Shown here: in pieces, positions 1-5,684 of the stretch
Numbering within the stretch: the first letter of the stretch is position 1
Layout: the number at the start of each line of letters is the position of its first letter
Source: Amoeboaphelidium protococcarum X5
Lineage: Eukaryota; Fungi; Aphelidiomycota
Direction: 5' to 3'
DNA length: 5,684 bases
Assembly: GCA_023515725.1 (NCBI GenBank)
Contig: JALDTO010000001.1
Span: 1 to 5,684 of the forward strand
The notes under the pieces: generated by a model
Told to the model about the DNA's origin: nothing
The model's database searches: none
The model's input: only the letters and a program-made list of their open reading frames with translations
Made by a program: the position numbers and the translations under genes

Positions 1-2528
1 CCACACTCATTTAAATGTTCAAGCACAACAAGAGGCACGAGATCTTTCGATTTGAGAATTATACATTACTAGTCGATGATTTCGACATGTACAGAGGACT
101 TTGTAAGATAGTTTTTAAGCTTGAACGCGCTAGGATAGAAGACATTTGAACTTATCACCTGTCCATGCACATTGAGGCACTTCATAAAGGACAGGTATGA
201 ACTTTAACGTGCATCAGCTAACAAACTCTCGGAGAAAATATCAGAGATGTCTCTGCTCTGCATGCTGGACAATTCCTCTAGTACCACAGCTTCTTCAGTT
301 GATAAAGCACTGTGTACAATGTTCCAGACTTGAATCTCAACCGTTACATTCTAGTACGACGTCAAGGATGAATTACAAATATGAACACGCAATTCACCAT
401 CTTTGCCAAAGTATGAACTTATCAACACATCTTGAAAAAATACTTTGGCATAATTGTGCAGAATTTTCCACTTACCATCCACTTACAAACTCGACCATGA
501 GGGTGCGTGCCAAACATCGTTCAACTGCCAGTAGAGAGCACCCATGCAGTACGGCATCAGTCTTCGATAATGCTCAGTCTGGGCCTTGACGCAGATAGCT
601 TGTGCCAGTTGTGTCATTATACAGTACTTTTCAAATTGTAACGGTGAACATGGTGCGCGTTCATCAATTAACCAGGGCATATCATCAGTATCAAAGTAAT
701 ATGATAGTTGTAAAGATATTTCAGGTTAGCCATTAGTATGATGATTCCGATGGACCATCCCCACAGAGAGCGGGTGCAAAGAGTCGGGAGAAGTCACAAG
801 TTTTAGAGATGAGAACCACGGCATGCTCTGGAAACCATACTCACTAGCGAATCTGCAGACTGGCATCTTATGTATGATGGTACCGTCATCTTTATAGTTA
901 TAATAATGAGTATCGCCATATTCGTGTGGATTCTAAACTTTAAAGCGTTCTCTGCCATCCGCGAGTATACCATTGGTAGGACTTGATGACACATACGGTC
1001 GATGATCCAGTTGGCGGACAATGGTTTGAATCACAGTATTATACAAATAATGATAATCGACGGCATATTTGCAAGGATTCGATACAACGTCTTTGAACCA
1101 CCCATTGCACATTGCCTCTTCATTCTCATTATTTCCACTCCATAAGACGATACATGCATGATGCTGTAGTGACAATATTTGCTGTACAATCTCCTTCTGA
1201 ACATTCAGAATGAATTGATCAGAGACTGGATACATGGCACAAGTGAACATGAACTCTTACCACACCATTATAGAATAATAATCACACAGCTTATAAAACA
1301 CATCGGGCAAATATCTACCACCGGCCCAGACGCGAATACAATTAATACCAACTGCTACAACATTCTAAATCAAATTCTTATACTAATCCTCCTAATCAAA
1401 ATGAAACGGTATTATATCAAGAGGCACCATATTCGACCCTTTACAGAATACCAAATTACCGTTTACAACTAGAGAGAAAGGTTATCCATCATCATTCTAG
1501 ATAGGACATTAATTCAACTCAATCTTGTTAAAAGAAAACGGCTTGATAAACTCTTAAACTTGCCCACTAGAGCCATTCAAGTAAACTTTTGCGCAGTATT
1601 AACCGGTGTTAAAAAGACGCCTTGTACCATGCTCAGGTAGTTGTAACCTTTAGAGATCAATATTACATCGATAAATGGTATCCTCTCCAATCTAGACCGC
1701 TTTAAATTTGTCAAAGCCAACAGTAAAATTAAACAAGCTGTCTGAAGGTTAATCGCACTTTTAGCCATTAGATTCCTACGAGATGTTTGAAGTAACTGAG
1801 CTTATTGTAGAAATGTGGAGACCAACCAAAGATAGCGTGATTCCAGGCGAAGGATCTAAATAAGAACATATTCCGCATTCAAAGACTTTGAACTCACGAG
1901 ACTTCAAACATAACAGCTTCACTTCTCCATAAATACCAACAGGGCATATCGAAGGACCCCAATCCCAACCAAAGGAACTCTAACATTTGCGTACAAGATT
2001 TCTCCGCAAAGATATCTAATCAACAGTGCGCAAAGCATCTGAATGGTCAGACGGAATAGGATAGTCTAACTCACATTACAGCTTACTCAGATGTTGTATG
2101 ATACTCGGAAAGTGAAGTTATAGTGATACTTAACGCGAGTCAACCAACTTACTGCCGATAACTGACCGTTTGAGTGAAACAACGTGCCGTGTGAACTCAT
2201 TGTCCACTCTCTGCACGTACTGACCATTTATGAAGACATCAGCCACTGTATCAATACCAGAAAGGACCAGGAAATATTCTTCATCTGATTAAGTACCGGC
2301 AACACTCATGTCTATCAAATCTATTGTACAAGAATACGTCCAGTCAGTCCTGACAAGCCAGTCGTAGCATTTCAAGTAGTTTTCGTCGCGGTACAAATCT
2401 TGTCGGGTAAATACGCCATGACTGATGATTATAGCATGAACGTCTGCTGGAAACTCTTTTATTGCATAATTTCTATCTCTTGAACTTAAGGTCCACTTAT
2501 ACTTACTACAATGGACTTCCAGGACCAT
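1..2528 (-). CDS. MANBA: Beta-mannosidase, glycoside hydrolase family 2 (MANBA-like); 3' end lies beyond the left edge; needs TAA/TAG=Gln
   Basis: One continuous minus-strand frame from ATG 2528-2526 to position 1 with no TGA. It joins track ORFs 2289..2537, 933..1250 and 483..680. GH2 beta-mannosidase motifs occur in the expected order: [22 protein letters not shown][Q=TAG][41 protein letters not shown][Q=TAA][18 protein letters not shown] (acid/base Glu 1127-1125), [26 protein letters not shown] (nucleophile Glu 842-840), [27 protein letters not shown]. The ATG has A at -3. In-frame upstream ATGs at 2633 and 2651 are possible alternative starts. Confidence 0.95.
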
Positions 2529-2881
2529 ATTCTGCAAAATTCTGAGTAGATGTTTAGTGTGAAGTGGGTTTTAAGTTGAAACAGAGAAATCTCGCCGATT
2601 CAAATTAGCATTGAAGTTATTACCTTTCCACATGCATTAAGTGACAATCATGCTTGTAATGTTGCATTAACTTGGGACTATCTACAGTTTTTTTTGCAAG
2701 TGATGAGGCCCGTGTGATTGGGCAGTTGTTGCGACTACATGATTGGTGAGTGCTATTTTGGTGCATGCATATCATCAGCAACGTGGCTGAAGAAAAGCCT
2801 TAATATATTATTAACTCTTACCCTTCAAATTACTTACTCAATTGGTCTTTATCACATTGAATAACTCTTACTCTTATCATA
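2529..2881. promoter_or_regulatory. Short divergent intergenic region, probable bidirectional promoter
   Basis: 353 bp between two head-to-head ATGs. Contains two TGATTGG (reverse CCAAT boxes) at 2715-2721 and 2740-2746, a T8 tract at 2688-2695, the AT-only palindrome TAATATATTA at 2801-2810, and TAACTCTTAC twice (2812-2821, 2862-2871). Confidence 0.55.
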
Positions 2882-2950
2882 ATGTTGTATCGCGTGTTTT
2901 TGGCTCTGGTCACGGCATTCCTATCAACTATTATCGTGTCTGTCGGTGCC
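2882..2950 (+). other. Predicted N-terminal signal peptide of the receptor kinase
   Basis: Short basic n-region (MLYR), hydrophobic core (VFLALVTAFLSTIIV) and a small-residue cleavage motif V-G-A|L. Confidence 0.8.
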
Positions 2951-5684
2951 CTGTCGTACGCGGTGCCTCAAGCGTAGTATTTCCAGTTGGGTAGCACTTA
3001 AAGTGACATTGGTTAATTTGCTTTTGATTCTAATAATGATTTAGTGGTTGCGTTACAAAGTGGGGCTTCTATTACGGCTCCTTTGCGTTACAAGCCGTTT
3101 AATAGCTCTATTTTTAACACTATAGCATTTTCCAATAAGACAAATTCTTGGGGTCTGGTAGTGGCTCGCTTCACCGGTGCTGATGGATGGTTCAAGTCAT
3201 CTTTTGCTGTCTCTTGTATCATCACTACTGGATGCAATGTGTTTTACAGTAGCTTCGTTGTGAATGCAGATGACTCTGTGATGCTGTCTGGTTAGTTCAG
3301 AGCTCAGCCTATCATGTTGTTTGATAGTAAGAGAAATGGAGTCGCTGTCCTCAATCCGCAGTATAATAACGTCAGTTGTGCTGTCGCTGCGCACTTTGAT
3401 GCCAATGGTGCATATGTATGGTCAATGTAGGTATGTGGTTTTTACGGAGCGTCTGTTACTTTTGTAGGTGTTGATGCATATGGCAATCGTATAATTGGTG
3501 GTAATTCGTTATCTTCCATGCTCTACTTCACTGATGACAAAAATGCATTGGTGTTTTAATTTCCCCTGAAGCTGGTAGCTGGTGCCAATCAATAGGATAG
3601 CTTCATACTGTCTCTATCGCCTGTCGATAACTCTATCTAGTGGTCTATCATTGGCCATAACAACGCCTGTACCCAGAGTAACTTGGCTGGTGCTTTCACG
3701 CCTTCACGCGACAAGTTGAATATTCGCGGCACTTTCTGTGGACCAGCATATTTTTATGATAAGGATAACAACGTATTGGCTCAAACTGGGTACACTGGTG
3801 GTTGGGATTAGTATGTCATTAATCTGTCTACTTAAACTGGTTCATTTAATTGGATAATTACGCAGGGTGGTCCTCAGTCTGAATTTGGGTACACTATCTC
3901 GGTGGACGAGAATGAGAATGTCTATGTAGGTGGAAACTCTGCATCCCATCCTCACAGACTAATTGATTCTACGGGGACTCAATCCTTTATCAGCTATGGC
4001 ATTGGACTCTATGCGGGGTTCCAGGTCAAGTTGGATAAGTTTGGCAAATTGTCTTAATACGCTTCTTGGAATGGATCAAGCTATTCCGGAAATCAAGGCT
4101 TTTATGTTGGTGGTGTGAGCGACAGCTTTGGAAATTTCTACGTATATGGATAGTAAGTAGGCTCAGTAAATCTCTATGATAAGAAGCTTCGCCTGGTATC
4201 CTCTTATAACCTGACCACCTCGTCTAGTGCTCTCTTCGCAATGTTCGATGCGGATGGTTATAGTCAGTGGTTCACTGAATTGTAAGGAGCCACCTCTTCG
4301 AGAAGCATGTTTTAGAAAAATATGACAGTATATTTGGGTGTTGGCTTTACTACCACCATGCGTGTGCTGGACTCGAGTCGTAATTAATAATTACAAGCCA
4401 CTTCAAATGGCGGCGAAGATTTTGCTCTCGTAAAGTATGATGTTGTTTATGAGCCTGATAGCACCGCTACGGTGGTGCTGACTGCAAATAGTGCTACCCC
4501 TACCACTTCGCTTACCACTCAGACTGTAGTTGGCACAGGCACCAACTAAGCTGCCACGAGTATGGACACTACTCACTCTGCTTTAAGTACATCCACACTC
4601 TCTTCTACTATTTTGGAGACTGTTTCCTCATCTTCTTCATCATCAGCTGCCTATGAGGACAACTTTGGTCAGCCAAACTTTTTTGGGGATTACTTCTAGT
4701 CATTCTCGTTTCCTCCTGCGTAAACTGTTGAATTTGTGCCATTCATTTTTAAACTGCAGGGATAGTTTAGTAGCGGTAAGATGACAACAACGAGTTTCAC
4801 TTCAAGTAATCGTGGTGTTGGCGATATAGCTGCAAACTCTGATGGTAACATTTCTCGCTTGTTCCCAGTGCTGATAACAGTAGCTGCTTGCGTAATTATC
4901 GTAATTTCGCTGATTTTCGGTGTCTGGATCTATCGTATGAGACGTGCGAAATGGTTGACTGCCGTTAAACGCGTAACTGAGTAGCGTGAGCAGCATGAGA
5001 CGCAGATGCAACTACAGACTGTCCTCAATTTCTCTTCGATGGCCAACAACACCACTTTGCTCAACCAGAGCGATGTCATTAGTGTGCCTGCATTTTTGGA
5101 ACTGACTGCGGGTTTGCACTTCCGTGCTAATGAAAAGAACCCACTGGCTGCAGGTGGATAGGGAAAGATCTGTAAGGCTGAAGTGCTCAAATTTCCAGCA
5201 TCCCATCTGTACAAGGGAACTTCCGTGCCTGTCTGTGTTGCAAAGTATTACGAAAAGAATTCCAAGCCTGAAGCGTTTCTGTAAGAGGTTGCGCTTTTAT
5301 GGTATTTCCGTGAGGAGCGCTCTATTGCCAGGATTATTGGATTCGATAGTGCCAACAAGATTTTATTGATGCCATTTTATGAGATGGGTTCGTTGAATGG
5401 CCTGATATCTGATGCAATGGAAGGTGATGCATCTAAGCTGACATTCTGGAGTATGAATTTTGTTATCAATGCTGGCCTGGATATTTTCAGAGGGCTGACC
5501 GCTTTACATGCTGCTGGTATTATTCATAATGATGTCAAGAGTGCAAACTATCTACTCCAAGTTGTCAATCAGCAGATTGTAGTCTGCTTAACGGATTTTG
5601 GTATTTGTACGCTGATGGCTTAATCTAACAAAGTGACGGGCATTGAGTGGAATAGTCTTAAAGGTGTGACTGTGCACTATGCTG
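2882..5684 (+). CDS. Receptor-like protein kinase (signal peptide, beta-propeller ectodomain, S/T-rich stalk, TM helix, Ser/Thr TKL-like kinase); 3' end lies beyond the right edge; needs TAA/TAG=Gln
   Basis: ATG 2882 is the first ATG after an in-frame TGA at 2858-2860 and has A at -3. The frame then stays free of TGA to the window end and joins track ORFs 3044..3295, 4781..4984 and 5366..5623, all in the same frame. N-terminus MLYRVFLALVTAFLSTIIVSVGA; TM segment VLITVAACVIIVISLIFGVWIY followed by RMRRAK; kinase motifs LAAGG[Q]GKI, CVAK, FL[Q]EV, IIHNDVKSANYL, LTDFGI, GVTVHYA. Confidence 0.93.
3017..4441 (+). repeat. Seven degenerate SBBP-like beta-propeller repeats (about 64-79 aa each) forming the ectodomain
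   Basis: Recurrent h-h-D-x-x-[GND]-N-h-h-h-x-G cores: FAFDSNNDLVVA (~3026), FVVNADDSVMLSG (~3263), VGVDAYGNRIIGG (~3473), AFTPSRDKLNIRG (~3698), ISVDENENVYVGG (~3905), GVSDSFGNFYVYG (~4121), MFQKNMTVYLG (~4313). Most are followed by an h-h-x-h-D-x-x-G-x-x-x-W type strand, e.g. AHFDANGAYVW, VINLSTQTGSFNW, AMFDADGYSQW, GGEDFALVKYD. Confidence 0.75.
4460..4651 (+). other. Ser/Thr-rich, mucin-like extracellular stalk (probably O-glycosylated)
   Basis: Translates as STATVVLTANSATPTTSLTTQTVVGTGTNQAATSMDTTHSALSTSTLSSTILETVSSSSSSSAA. Confidence 0.75.
4868..4933 (+). other. Transmembrane helix, type I topology
   Basis: 22 uncharged, mostly hydrophobic residues VLITVAACVIIVISLIFGVWIY, immediately followed by the basic cluster RMRRAK (positive-inside rule). 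Confidence 0.9.
5120..5684 (+). other. Protein kinase catalytic domain, subdomains I-VIII (truncated by window end)
   Basis: Gly-rich loop AAGGQGKI (TAG at 5159-5161), Lys in CVAK, alphaC Glu in FLQEV (TAA at 5282-5284), hinge LLMPFYEMGSL, catalytic loop HNDVKSAN (5525-5548), DFG (5594-5602), start of the P+1/APE segment GVTVHYA. Confidence 0.93.

Noticed and set aside
481-486. Perfect GTAAGT donor on the minus strand (similar ones at 426-431 region GGTAAGT and at 4153-4158 on the plus strand)
   Set aside because: Protein homology continues colinearly through these sites ([13 protein letters not shown]; YVYGQQVG), so no intron is needed.
197-1768. Track ORFs 197..589(+), 803..1021(-), 1179..1472(+), 1577..1768(-)
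   Set aside because: Antisense or off-frame shadows of the mannosidase CDS with no recognisable motifs.
3431-3467. Apparent intron GTATGT...TTTTGTAG in the receptor gene
   Set aside because: It is 37 nt, so removal would shift the frame. The unspliced reading (WSMQVCGFYGASVTFVGVDAYGN) fits the repeat pattern.
4625-4645. TCN/TCA short tandem repeat as a microsatellite or other repeat element
   Set aside because: It simply encodes a poly-Ser run in the stalk. I saw no CRISPR array, tRNA, rRNA or transposon features in the window.
3197-5369. Track ORFs 3197..3394(-), 4802..5011(-), 4930..5214(-), 5012..5206(-), 5124..5369(+)
   Set aside because: Antisense or off-frame shadows of the receptor kinase CDS.
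1-5684. Both genes being pseudogenes full of nonsense mutations
   Set aside because: All 52 interruptions are TAA/TAG with no TGA and no frameshift, catalytic residues are intact, and several TAR codons sit at conserved Gln sites.
5120-5684. Tyrosine kinase or pseudokinase assignment
   Set aside because: The catalytic loop is DVKSAN (Ser/Thr type, not DLAARN/DLRAAN), and the Lys, Glu, Asp, Asn and DFG are all present.
1-5684. Prokaryotic or phage origin with a recoded stop (table 15 TAG=Gln, or tables 4/25)
   Set aside because: Both TAA and TAG are reassigned, which is known from eukaryotic nuclear codes. No Shine-Dalgarno sites precede the ATGs, and both proteins look eukaryotic.

Overview
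Eukaryotic nuclear DNA (about 40% GC by eye) that uses a non-standard genetic code. TAA and TAG encode glutamine and TGA appears to be the only stop (NCBI table 6 type). The supplied ORF track is fragmented because it assumes the standard code. Read with TAR=Gln, the window holds two long, apparently intronless, head-to-head genes separated by 353 bp. (1) A GH2 beta-mannosidase on the minus strand (ATG at 2528, running off the left edge; >=842 codons, 27 in-frame TAA/TAG, no TGA). (2) A single-pass receptor-like protein kinase on the plus strand (ATG at 2882, running off the right edge; >=934 codons, 25 in-frame TAA/TAG, no TGA). The receptor has a signal peptide, seven SBBP-like beta-propeller repeats, a Ser/Thr-rich stalk, one transmembrane helix and a non-RD Ser/Thr (TKL-like) kinase domain. 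Code, base composition and gene content fit an aphelid such as Amoeboaphelidium protococcarum best, but that is inference. All translations and codon counts were done by hand.
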